From Octopus vulgaris (taxonomy: Eukaryota): a DNA stretch of 64,000 bases. The position numbers and the translations under genes are program-made. This document shows, in pieces, positions 17,630-28,982 of the stretch. Location of the stretch: the NCBI GenBank assembly GCA_951406725.2, contig OX597814.1, positions 25,296,001 to 25,360,000 of the forward strand, written 5' to 3'. Within the stretch, counting starts at the first letter, position 1; each line of letters begins with the position of its first letter. The notes below the pieces were generated by a model. That model did no database searches. It was not told the origin of the DNA and was given only the letters and a program-made list of their open reading frames with translations.

Positions 17630-18850
17630 TAATAGGCTTAGAAAAAGTAATCTGAAGGGATACACTGAGGCCCAGGAACAAGCTCTGGTAACTAATTACG
17701 CCTAGTTCCAAATAGATAAGAAATGTGAATTGCCCATTTGTAGGCTGTGTGGCAGCAAAAACGAAACAATCTCACATATTGTGAGTGATGGCAAACAAAC
17801 TGGCTCAAAAGGAGGCACGATTACGTGGCTAAGTTTGTTCACTGAAGACTGTGTGAAAAGTATGGTCTAGGAAGAACACGAAAGTGGTACGAACATGAAT
17901 CAGAAGGCGTCACTGGGAATAATGAATAAAAGATCTTGCAGGATTTCACGATCCTGTATGACTCTCTAAAAGATGCTCGAAGACCAGGCATTGTTGTGGT
18001 AGATTGAAAAGAATAAACCAAGATTATAGATATTGCTATACTTGAGGATGCACGCGCAGGTGACAAAGGGATAGAAAAGGTGGCAAAAAACAAGTTACTG
18101 AAAGACGAAATTACCAGAATGAAGGAGGCGAGCAGGCAGAAACGTTGGCGCGCCAGGCGAAATGCTTAGCTGTATTTCGTCTGCTGCTACGTTCTGAGTT
18201 CAAATTCCGCCGAGATCAACTTTGCCTTTCATCCTTTCGGGGTCGATTAAATAAGTACCAGTTACGCACTGGGGTCAATATAATCGACTTAATCCGTTTG
18301 TCTGTCCTTATTTGTCCCCTCTGTGTGTAGCCCCTTGTGGGCAGTAAAGAAATAAAAAAAAAACGTTAGCACACCGGGTGAATTATTTAGCGGTATTTCG
18401 TCTGTCTTTACGTTCTGAGTTCAAATTCCGCCGAGGTCGACTTTGCCTTTCATCCTTTCGGGGTCGATAAATTGAGTACCAGTTGCGTACTGGAGTCGAT
18501 CTAATCGACTGGACCCCCTCTCCAAAATTTTCGAGCTTTTTGCCTGAAGTAGAAAAGAAATTACCAGAATGTGGGCAATGAAGAGAGTAACTATTATCCT
18601 ATTAGTTGTAGATGCATTCGGAGCACTAACGACGAAGTTAGAGAAATGTCTCGGTGAAATTGGGATTGACATGAGAACAGAGTAGGCACCAAACATTGCT
18701 CTACTAAGGACAGCTAGGATTTTGAGATTGTCGCTTGGGTGTTGAGTATCTTCCATGAAACTTGACACCTTAAGTAGCAAGTCTTACAACTTGTGAAAAG
18801 AGACCCGGTGAGACATTTGACAACAGGATGCTGTCCACTCTTACAGAATT
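17630..18850 (+). pseudogene. 5'-truncated R4/Dong-like RLE LINE fragment, split by a SINE dimer
   Basis: Decayed translation AQEQAL..NY, CRLCG, RHDYVAKFVH, WYEH, RRPGIVVV, IIDIA. Coding sequence resumes after the TSD at 18557-18571. Confidence 0.75.
18122..18556 (+). mobile_element. SINE family A dimer inside one 15-bp TSD
   Basis: GAAATTACCAGAATG at 18107-18121 and 18557-18571. A short-tail unit is followed by a headless long-tail unit. Confidence 0.88.
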
Positions 18851-18879
18851 AACCAGAGTAAGTAAGATCGAGAGCTCTG

Positions 18880-18882
<3 letters not shown>

Positions 18883-18939
<57 letters not shown>

Positions 18940-18972
18940 GGTGGTGGTGGTGGTGGTAGTAGTAGTAGTAGT
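18883..18972. repeat. (AGT)n/(GGT)n tract
   Basis: Directly visible. Confidence 0.95.
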
Positions 18973-19925
18973 ATGATGAAGATCTGCTGCAATATGCCGC
19001 GGAAGATATGGGTGTAAATGCAGATGAAACGATGAGTAAGGAAGAGTTTAACTAACGAGCTGAGGAAAAGAGGAAAGAAGACCTTCAAATGAGAATGCAT
19101 GGACAGTTTGAAAGGAATACACAGGACGTTAAGGATAATACAGCATCGTGGGCATGGCTTGAGCGAGGTGATTTAAAGCGTACCGCCGAAAGCCTGATCA
19201 TTGCTGCACAAGACCAGGCTCTTGCTACCAATTCAGTGAAGTATAACATCTATAAAACTTCCGATACCCAGAAATGCAAACTCTGTGGAAAGAGTGTGGA
19301 AAATGTGACCTACTTGGTAAGTGGGTGTGAGAGCCTTGAACAAAAAGAATACAAGCGCCGCCACGATAAAGTGTGTGTATCTTCATTGGCTCTTATGTCA
19401 TAAATACCGATATCAAGTAACAGAGAACTGATATGAGCATGTACCAAGTAAAGTTATGCCGGAGGATGGAAAAGTAACGATATTCTAGGACTATGATTTT
19501 TCAGACGGATCGTGTAATCGAACACCGTCGGCCGGATATTGTCATATTGAATAAGAGAGACAAATACTGTCAGATCATTAATGTAGCCATACCAAATGAC
19601 ATGAATGTTGTGAGTAAAGAGGTTGAAAAAAATCACCAAGTGCTCCGAATTGAAAGAGGAAATGGCAAGACTATGGAATGCGAGAAGGTAATGTAAAAGT
19701 TATACCAGTGGGGATCGGAGCGTTGGGCTCAATCCCATTAAAACGTAAACACTTCTTAAGGCAACTGGAAATCCCATGCAAGATTGATGTTTTGCAAAAA
19801 GCAGCCTGATTGGGCACAACGCACGTCTTAAGGAAAATATTATCTGAGGCCCTTGTTGTGACTTGACAGATAACTGAAGACTCCGGTGCATTTTTACCTA
19901 CATTGTGTTACGAAAGACTAATAAT
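18973..19925 (+). pseudogene. 5'-truncated R4/Dong-like LINE (zinc knuckle plus restriction-like endonuclease)
   Basis: ORFs 19089-19403 (MHGQF, SWAWL, ESLIIAAQDQALAT, CKLCG..E...LVSGC, EYKRRHDKV) and 19493-19696 (RRPDIVILNK...IINVAIP). TAA-rich 3' end. Confidence 0.88.
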
Positions 19926-19949
19926 AGTATTAATACAGAGAAACGTAGG

Positions 19950-20680
19950 ACATGCATCAGAAGAGTCTTCGTTATGACTGAAGAATGAAGACCTTAAGAA
20001 AGAAACTGAAGGTCTCATAATGGTTGTTCAAAGCCAATCATTGCAAGCGGATATCGTTAAAGCCAAAATAGACAACTCCGGGAAAAGCGCATAGTTCTTT
20101 GGCATAAAAGGAATATAGACGCAGACACGACAACTGTGTGCCAAAGCATTACACTGGGACATATTACGGCAAAGACGATTTAAAATAGGAAGAATATGGT
20201 ACGAAAATCAACTTGAAAATGTAATAAAGAACGACCAGTATAATGTTTTATGGGATTTTAATGTACAACTGATCGAGAAATTCATGCCAAGCAACCAAAT
20301 ACTATATACTGAGCAAGAGAAAAAACAGTGCATAATCATAGATATGGCTATATCTGCCGACTTGACAGTAGTAGTCAAAGAACAGGAGAAAATAGAGAAA
20401 TACCAGGATTTACCCTGGGAAATATGAAGATTGAGGAAGGTTTCTACAAAAGTAGTCTCTGTTGTTATGGGTGTCTAGTATCATTATAAACAGACTTAAC
20501 AGTTCCCTTATTAAGATTGGTGTAACTACCGGAGTTGCATTAATTCAGAAATATACTCTGCTGAGAGCAGCAAAAATTGTAAGGTCCTCGATATCTAAGG
20601 AAACTGGTTGTGACCCGATATGAAGGTCATTGATTCCGAATATAAAACATCCGTGCGCACCATGAGTAACATCTGTCAAG
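19950..20680 (+). pseudogene. decayed R4/Dong-like RLE fragment
   Basis: LKKETEGLIM..Q, YRRRHDN, LHWD, LWDF, CIIIDMAI, KEQEKIEKYQDL recognisable across frameshifts. Confidence 0.75.
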
Positions 20681-21200
20681 ACTTATCAGAAACTGAGCAA
20701 ATATAAAGCTCTTGAAACATAAACTGGCAAAATGTGGAACCTCAGGACTAGAACAATGTCTGTTGTCATAGGTACCGTAGGAATGATAGCAAAAGTGACT
20801 GATTGTTATCTATCTCAGACACCAGAAAATCCCAAAATCAAAGAAATTCAAACAATAGTGCTCATAGAAACTGCTCATAGCCTAAGAAAATATTGTCTAT
20901 GTGAATCCAATATCATTTTAATCTGTAAGCATTATCAAAAGTACTTTTAAATGTACATAATACCAAACACCTTTTACTGCCATCTAAAGGTCACATTATC
21001 ATCTTGTTAAATTAGTTTTAAAGTTAACTTGTTTTGATAGGCATTATCTAGAACAATACTCTAAGCAAAATCAAAATATGGCACCCTAGTCATAACACCA
21101 ACTCAGACATCTAACGTATTGTCTCTTGAGGTCTCTGGGTGAGACTTGGTGTTAACTTGTATAAATACAAAGCAAAAACCACACATATAATAATAATAAT
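20680..21200 (+). pseudogene. short R4/Dong-like RLE 3' fragment with (TAA)n tail
   Basis: ORF 20732-20950 reads 'MWNLRTRTMSVVIGTVGMI...EIQTIVLIETAHSLRK'. (TAA)n at 21187-21200. Confidence 0.7.
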
Positions 21201-21204
21201 TATA

Positions 21205-21930
21205 ATTATTGTTGTTGTTGCTGTTGTTGTTATTTAAGACGTCGCACAGTATCCAATATCGTGATGTTGATTGAAGATATCTACCGGGAGGTTTGTACTG
21301 TCTGACAGGTCACAACAAGGACTTCAGAGAGAGTACTTTACACAATATGCGTGGTGTTCGAAGTAATGCCGATTTTTGCAATACACCTAAATTGTTAGGT
21401 ATTTCTAAAGTTTCCAGATGTTTCTTCAGGTTGGGTGGCATTGAACCCAAAGCTCCGATGAAAATAGGGACAATCTATATATTTGACTTTCGTAACTGTC
21501 ACATCATGGCGAATTCAATTCTCAGGTCTCTATATTTATCGATCTTTTCTCTTTCTTTCATGATAATATGTTGATCAGGCACTGCTACATCGATTATTAC
21601 GCACTGTTGTTTGTCCCTCATAAAGGTTGCTATGTCCGCTCTTCTGTGCTCTTACACCTTGTCTGTCTGGAAGTCAAGGTACCAGAGTATCTTTGCCTTC
21701 TCCTTTTCGTCCATTACCTTTTCTGATGTATGTTGGTACCAAGCACCCGTTAGTATCCATACTTACGGCATAGTAGCCAGTGAAGGTTTTGCGCTACCTT
21801 GTGGTGCCTGCTCTTGTACTCTTCCTTTGCAAGACTTTCACAAGTACTGGCCGAAATCAAGGCTTTTCCGTTGTTCTCCTTTTAGCTCGACGAATCAACA
21901 TATGTAAGTTCATGTTCTCAGTTGCTTGTC
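21205..21930 (-). pseudogene. R4/Dong-like RLE fragment, opposite orientation
   Basis: Minus strand reads EYKSRHHKV, WYQH, KILWYLDFQTD, RRADIA, IIDVAVP, EKIDKYRDLRIE, VPIFIGALG. Confidence 0.78.
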
Positions 21931-21954
21931 TTCGTGATATACATTCATTCAGGT

Positions 21955-23112
21955 GACATTAAAGACATTCTTGTTCCGAAGTGCACTTGAAACCACTACA
22001 AAATCTGATGATGTCATGGAAAAAGTTTCAATTTTTTTTCCATGAAGAAAGCCTTCAATGAGAAAACGTGTGGGTTGTTTGTACGGATGGAACACCGGCT
22101 ATGCTGGGATCGAAGTCAGGATTTCTGTCGAGAGTGAAGAAGCTAGCACCTCAAGCCAAGGTGATCCACCGATATTCTCTCGCCAGTAAGACTCTCCCTG
22201 CCTCTCTGCAGGAACTGCTTGATTCTGCAACCAAATTTGTAAATTATGTGAAGACTGCAGCACTCAACACTCGGCTATTCAAGGAACTGTGCAATGATAT
22301 GAATGCTGACCACGAAGTCCTTCTTTTCTACACTTGCAGTACATTGGTTATCGAAAGGGAACGTTGTTAATCGTGCCTTCGAGATGAAAGATGAAATAAA
22401 CCTATTCTTGGAGGTGATTACTGAACATCTTCAGTCTCTAGAAGAGAAATTCGAGCGATACTTCCCTGAGCTAACGGAGAAACAGGAAGCCCTGGTGAGG
22501 AACCCATTTTGAACTGCACTTGATGTATCCAGCATCCCAGATAAGATCCAAGATGAATTTCTTGATCTAAGGAACGACTCTCCAGTTGGTGATCTCTTCA
22601 AGGTGAAATCGGTTACTCACTTCTGGTGTACTATGTATCAATAATATCCAAAGTCAGCATGGTAGCCTTACGTGCCCTTGTTCCATTTGCCTCATCCTAC
22701 TTGTGTGAAGCAAGAGTTTCAGCTCATAGCAATATAAAAACAAAGAATAGGAACAGATTGGATGCTGGAGATGACATGAGACTGGCTCTAACAAACGCTC
22801 GGCCACGAATTTTAATGCTTGTTGCTCAAATGCAACATCAGGCATCCTACAAGCTGGACTGGATAGCTGTTGAAACCTATGTTGATATTGTAAGAATAAT
22901 TTTGTTCTTTTTCTGAATTAAGGTGGGATCAACGTTGTGATTTTTTTGCTAATAATTAATTACAGGATTCTTGAATAAATTTTTGTTAGATGTATCTTTG
23001 CCTTTCCTTCACAAAAAATAAAATGTAAATCAAGCTGCTGATAGCAGGCGTTCACGTGGGTTAAAAGATTTTGGGTAAGGGATTGCGAGTGCAAAAACGT
23101 AGGGAACCACTG
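21955..23112 (+). mobile_element. hAT-Charlie/Buster-family transposase relic with 3' TIR
   Basis: ORFs 22068-22370 (CTDGTPAMLG, LASKTL, VNYVK..ALNTRLFKELC.DM.ADH..LL), 22303-22512 (WLSKG.V..R.FE) and 22626-22916 (PFASSYLCE..KTKNRNRL...DMRLAL). Terminus AAAAACGTAGGGAACCACTG at 23093-23112. 5' part missing. Confidence 0.9.
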
Positions 23113-23149
23113 TACTCAAGGCTTTGTTTTAGAGCAAAAAATGATTGCT

Positions 23150-24760
23150 GAATTTTGGAAAACATTTAATTAATGTTGCGACGTGTTCGACATAATCAGC
23201 AAAGAGATTACAAGCTATACTGGTTTGGGTCAAAGTTTTAGCTTCAAAAGGCTGGTGATTGCTAAGACCACCACTCGTTAATTTGATACATTTCACGATA
23301 GTATCATAAGTATAATGGAGAATTATCAAGAAAAAAGAGCAATGATAACGAGTGCCTTGATAAGTCTTGTATAGTTAGTAACATCGAAGGAATCTGAAAA
23401 CTTGCTATGGTGAATAGCAGATGTTTCATTCTGTTCTGATATAGGATGACATCCTGCATGTTGTTAGGTTTTCCAAGATTTTTCGGACCATCACAAGGTG
23501 TTTTTGTTTAGCTTGTCAAAGGCTGAATTAGATCGACGAAGGCCATATAATGTTCTTGATTTTTTTCCAGAATATTTTTCAGTTACCCGATGAAGAGTAG
23601 AAATCATATCAGTTGCCCCACGACCTATTCAAAGAACCATTTTGTGATTCGGAGTAAATGGCATTTATGAGATAAGTGATTATTTTGTTCAAAACGATGC
23701 GAGCGAAGATCTTGCCAACAATAGAAGGGGAAATATGTTACGTGGGATGTTGCGGACAACATTTCTACCAGCCTTTTTTAAAGAAATGTTTTTTGTAGGC
23801 GTCCCTGTAGTTCCAGAGAAGCTGATCAACCTTCTCAAGGAAATCTAAATACCACAAAGAGTTTTTGCCCCCGCCTCTTATCCCCGAAATTGTAAATTTA
23901 AGGAAGTATGCCACATTTTCTAGGAATCTTGCTCAAAAAGAGTTGTTTAAAAGTGTCCTGGATTTCTTTGAAGCAAACTCTACAGGACATCTAAAGTATT
24001 TCTGGTTTTTAAGGAACAGAGATAATTATGTTGTCATTGATTATAGAGTTGTTATTAAGAACAGCTTCAAATTGTACAATCCAATATGATAGAATACATT
24101 TCTTATCAGTGAGAATATCAAAAGGGAGTATGAGACGGATGCCATCTTCCATTGGACATACACTGTTTCAAAACCTTGTGGAAGGCCTTGACATGTTTAA
24201 CCAGCTACTACGATTGCTCCATTCTCATACTAGTAATCTGACCTCGCTTTTGCATTTTTGTATGGTTTCTTTTTGAAGGAAGAGTTCAAAAATTGTTAAT
24301 TTACACTTCATGTGAATTGTACATTTTCTCATGAGAAGTTGAGTTTTCGTACCTTTATTATCGACTCAATGTTGATGTTTCCTAACTGGGAATCCAATGA
24401 TTTCAAAGGAGGCAGAGTAGATGATATCTCAGAAGGATTTCTAAGGGGCTTCAAAGCTAACATATGACTGAATTAAGAACGCATTCATGTCTCCCCAGAT
24501 AGCTTTCTTCTTATCGCTGGATTTCAGGGGCAGGACGTTGATTCTTTAAAAGATAATTAAAGTTTACCAGGCGTTTTTCAGGCAAAGAGAAGCTTTGCTA
24601 TGTAGTAGTGCATGAACTGAACGATAATAGGTGGTAATGAAGTGAATGTTGGATGCGATATTCCTTCACAATTCATTTCCTTTTCATGATATAATCGTTC
24701 ACAAGCCAGCTCTTGCACCTGGGAATGCACCCTTGATGTTTTATGGTGTTTGACATGTTG
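23150..24760 (-). pseudogene. highly decayed RTE (BovB-like) LINE
   Basis: Minus strand gives SIVGKIFARIVLN and YMAFVDL..AFD-like RT motifs near 23500-23730. Confidence 0.65.
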
Positions 24761-25044
24761 CAAAAGTGGGTAGGTGGTGGTTAAAATTATTTCTTGCTGA
24801 GTGACAAGAAGAGTTGTAGTCCATTTGAGCCCATTTTTACCAACTGTGAGAATATATAACGCGATATTAGGTAGGCTGTGCCAAGCTGAGCATTGAATTC
24901 CTCCATAGGGAAAAATTTGTCGAGAAATTTTGAAATACTTAACTGCAACAGATAGTAAAGTTTGTCAAGATATATCAAATCGTAAGACAGTATTGTCTTC
25001 GAATTCAAAACTAAAGGTGCCATTAATTTTGAAAGAAAAACAAA

Positions 25045-25094
25045 TATATGTATACGTAACACGCACACATATATTTATGTATGTATGTATATAT

Positions 25095-25192
<98 letters not shown>

Positions 25193-25520
25193 GTATATGT
25201 ATGTATATATGTATATGTATATGTGTATATATATATGTATATTTATATATATATGTATATATGTATATATATATATATATATATGTATATGTATATATAT
25301 ACATATATATATATGTATGTAAGTGTGTATGTATGCATGTGTATGTATGTATGTATGTATGTATGCATGCACGTGTGCATGTCTGTATGCACGTATGCAT
25401 ATAAATACATGCGTATATATGTGTATGATGTACGCATGTATGTGTGTATGTATATATATACACACACACACATATATATCTATATAATGTACGCACATTT
25501 ACACATACACATACTTATAT
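25045..25520. repeat. compound (TA)n/(TATG)n microsatellite
   Basis: Directly visible. Confidence 0.95.
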
Positions 25521-26108
25521 AGACATACAGATATTTTATGGGCATGTCAAATGAGTATATAAAGGTTGTCTGTGCATATGTGCTCAATATCAAAGATAGC
25601 AGATATATCTATACTTTTATGTGTTCGTTAATATTATTTAGCTGCCATACACTTTTACAGACATTTAAATTATACACACACACACACTCACACATTTATA
25701 TATATATATATATAAAACTAAAATATGCTTTTTTATATTATGTTCATGTCAGGGATGTGAGTAAAGATCTTATAGAATGTGAAGGAAATTGGAGAATTTA
25801 GAAAATAAAAAAACAATCTCTCCTTTTTTTTTGTAATTCTCTCTTCTGTATTATTTTCTCTCTCTTTCTAATTTTGAATGTTTTTTTTATATTCATCTCT
25901 TTTCCACCTTAAGCTGTGACATCTGTGCATTGAAAAGGTTGGCGAAAATCTGTGGTAAATGAGACGTTCTATATTGACCAATGAGCAGTGGAATGTGAAG
26001 GATTATTAAACCAAATTATTGCCTTGAGGAATAATTCTTGTCCCTCTGTGCAGTTTCTACAGCCTGGCAATTTCTCATGGAACTTTACAGTCCATTAATT
26101 TTCGTTTT

Positions 26109-26157
26109 TATAATAATAATAATAATATTAATAATAATAATAATAATAACAATAATG

Positions 26158-26194
<37 letters not shown>

Positions 26195-26205
26195 TAATAA
26201 TAATG

Positions 26206-26236
<31 letters not shown>

Positions 26237-26238
26237 TG

Positions 26239-26317
<79 letters not shown>

Positions 26318-26328
26318 TAATAATAATG

Positions 26329-26359
<31 letters not shown>

Positions 26360-26364
26360 TAATA

Positions 26365-26395
<31 letters not shown>

Positions 26396-26418
26396 TAATA
26401 ACAATAATAATAATAATG

Positions 26419-26449
<31 letters not shown>

Positions 26450-26456
26450 TAATAAA

Positions 26457-26497
<41 letters not shown>

Positions 26498-26505
26498 TAA
26501 TAATA
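26109..26505. repeat. ~400-bp (TAA)n array with scattered TGA variants
   Basis: Directly visible; source of the poly-I/poly-L ORFs. Confidence 0.97.
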
Positions 26506-27569
26506 ATTTTGTCTGACACGAGAAAAGTTGCAAAACGGAAAAAAGGTGAACGTAAAATGGTCTGTTACATATGATTACAACACAAAGATATATGATATAG
26601 ATATTACACAAATACATAGATTCCAACATGCATGCGTACACACATGCATGCTTGCATACTTACATACATATATAAGTATATATGTATATACATATTTATA
26701 TAAGTATATATGCAGATACAGTTACACACATGCATATATATGTGCATAAATGTGAGTGCGTACCTGTGTGTGTATGTGTGTGCGAGAGAGAGAGAAGGAA
26801 AGAGAGAGAGAGAGAGAGAGCAGCTACTTAGCTTATAATCTAGCAACACCCCTCAAATGGTTCAGTGGAGACTGTGTTGTTGCCATACAAAAAATATCAC
26901 ACCCTAAAATAACTGGAAGTAATTTATCATCGATAATGGCTGGAAGGCATTCATTTCCAAGTTCTGTTCGTGCAAGAGTATCATTGAAAACTGTAAAAAG
27001 TGCCTTTGCATGACACACTCTCTGTTAGTTCTGAATTCTTTATGACTGCAACCGAAGATTTTGTCCTGTAGCCAAATGAATTTCATCAAACTTTGCTGAA
27101 TTCTACAACCACCCTCTCCTATACCATGTAGTTCGGTAAGTAGTGCTCCTGTATACAAGCCTGTAAAATTCGATTTCGATTTACATTTCAATCTTTGTTT
27201 CTGCAAACACAATATATTTCTCCTTGATATAGAAAAGGACTTGATATCCTACCCAGATATTTACTGCAGGAATACCTTTATATTCATAGAATCTGCTAGA
27301 AATAGCAGTCAGATATTTTTAGAAGCGTACTCTACACTCTTTATTAAAAATGAAGATGTTTACGATAATGTAGTTACATTTTATATTGGAAATATGGGAT
27401 ATCATGGCTGGAACCACAGCTGAAATAAGGCAACCTTGGGTAAATCTCTAATTCAGTATCTTTCAAATGATGGATAGACTTATCACCATTCCCACTTGTT
27501 TCATTTCAGACCCCTGATATGACGTTTAAACCTGCATCAACTTTAGTGAAGTAGACTCCTCTCTTTTTT

Positions 27570-27970
27570 TTTTACTCTTTTACTCTTTTACTTGTTTCAG
27601 TCATTTGACTGCGGCCATGCTGGAGCACCGCCCTTAGTCGAGCAAATCGACCCTAGGACTTATTCTTTGTAAGCCTAGTACTTATTCTATCGGTCTTTTT
27701 TGCTGAACCGCTAGGTGACGGGGACATAAACACACCAGCATCGGTTGTCAAGCAATGCTAGGGGGACAAACATACACACGTGCATATATATATATATACA
27801 TATATACGACGGGCTTTTTTCGGTTTCCGTCTACCAAATCCACTCACCAGGCTTTGGTCGGCCCGAGGCTATAGAAGAAGACACTTGCCCAAGATGCCAC
27901 GCAGTGGGACTGAACCAGGAACCATGTGGTTGGTAAGCAAGCTACTTACCGCACAGCCACTCCTGCGCCT
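27570..27970 (-). mobile_element. SINE family B (CORE-like)
   Basis: Co-linear with 13800-14190. Confidence 0.88.
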
Positions 27971-28395
27971 ATTAAAAAGCATTTCAATCCTGTTAAAAAG
28001 GGCCATCCTGTCTTTTTTACTCTTCAAAGGCATATCTTAGATAACTCTATCAATATGCTCTCCTCGTTTTTAAGACTTTAGGTTTGACATAAAATAGCTG
28101 GCTGAGAGACTACATTGAAGTCTTATATTAACTGACATAGGCTCTATGTATAGCCTAATCCCTTACGAACGTCTTCTCTGCATGATGCCTCCAGTATGAG
28201 AACTTTTAATAAAACAAACCTATTCAATTTTAGCACTGTTAGATATGAGAATCTATAAACAGGAGTACATGTAAATGGACTTACTTTAACATTTGCCTCT
28301 TTGTACCAAAAGATTTTAGTTTCCTCGACTAGTATTCATCACATATCTTGTTTTTAACTCCTAATTTCCAATATAGTTTTTAACATTCTTAATAG

Positions 28396-28982
28396 CAGTC
28401 ATGGCAGTGAGCTGGCAGAAACGTAAGCACGCCGGGCGAAATGCTTAGCGGTATTTCGTCAGTTGTTACATGCTGAGTTCAAATTCCACTGAGGTCGACT
28501 TTACCTTTTATCCTTTCGGGGTCGATAAATTAAGTACCAGTTACGCACTGGGGTCGATATAATCGACTTAATCCATTTGTCTGTCCTTGTTTGTCCTCTC
28601 TGTGTTTAGCCTCTTGTGGGTAGTAAAGAAATAGGTATTTCGTCAGTCGTTACATTCTGAGTTCAAATTCCGCCGACGTCGACTTTGCCTTTCATCCTTT
28701 CAGGGTCGATTAAATAAGTACCAGTTACGCACTGGGATCGATATAACTGACTTAATCCATTTGTCTGTCCTTGTTTGTCCTCTCTGTGTTTAGCCCCTTG
28801 TGGGTAGTAAAGAAATAGGTATTTCGTCAGTCGTTACATTCTGAGTTCAAATTCCACTGAGGTCAACATTGCTTTTCATCCTTTCAGGGATCGATAAATT
28901 AAGTACCAGTAAAATACTAGAGTCGATGTAATCGAATTATCCCCTCCTCTAAAAGGGCTGCCCTTGTGGCAAAATTGGAAAC
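28396..28982 (+). mobile_element. SINE family A trimer inside one 12-bp direct repeat
   Basis: CATTCTTAATAG at 28384-28395 and 28983-28994. Units restart at GGTATTTCGTCAG (about 28634 and 28818); the last unit has the long tail. Confidence 0.85.

Noticed and set aside
26830-28380. Possible decayed minus-strand retroelement around the family B SINE
   Set aside because: Looks coding-derived, but no motif could be read confidently enough to classify it.
28396-28982. Tandem units as a CRISPR-like array
   Set aside because: These are long SINE units with no unique spacers, in a eukaryotic context.
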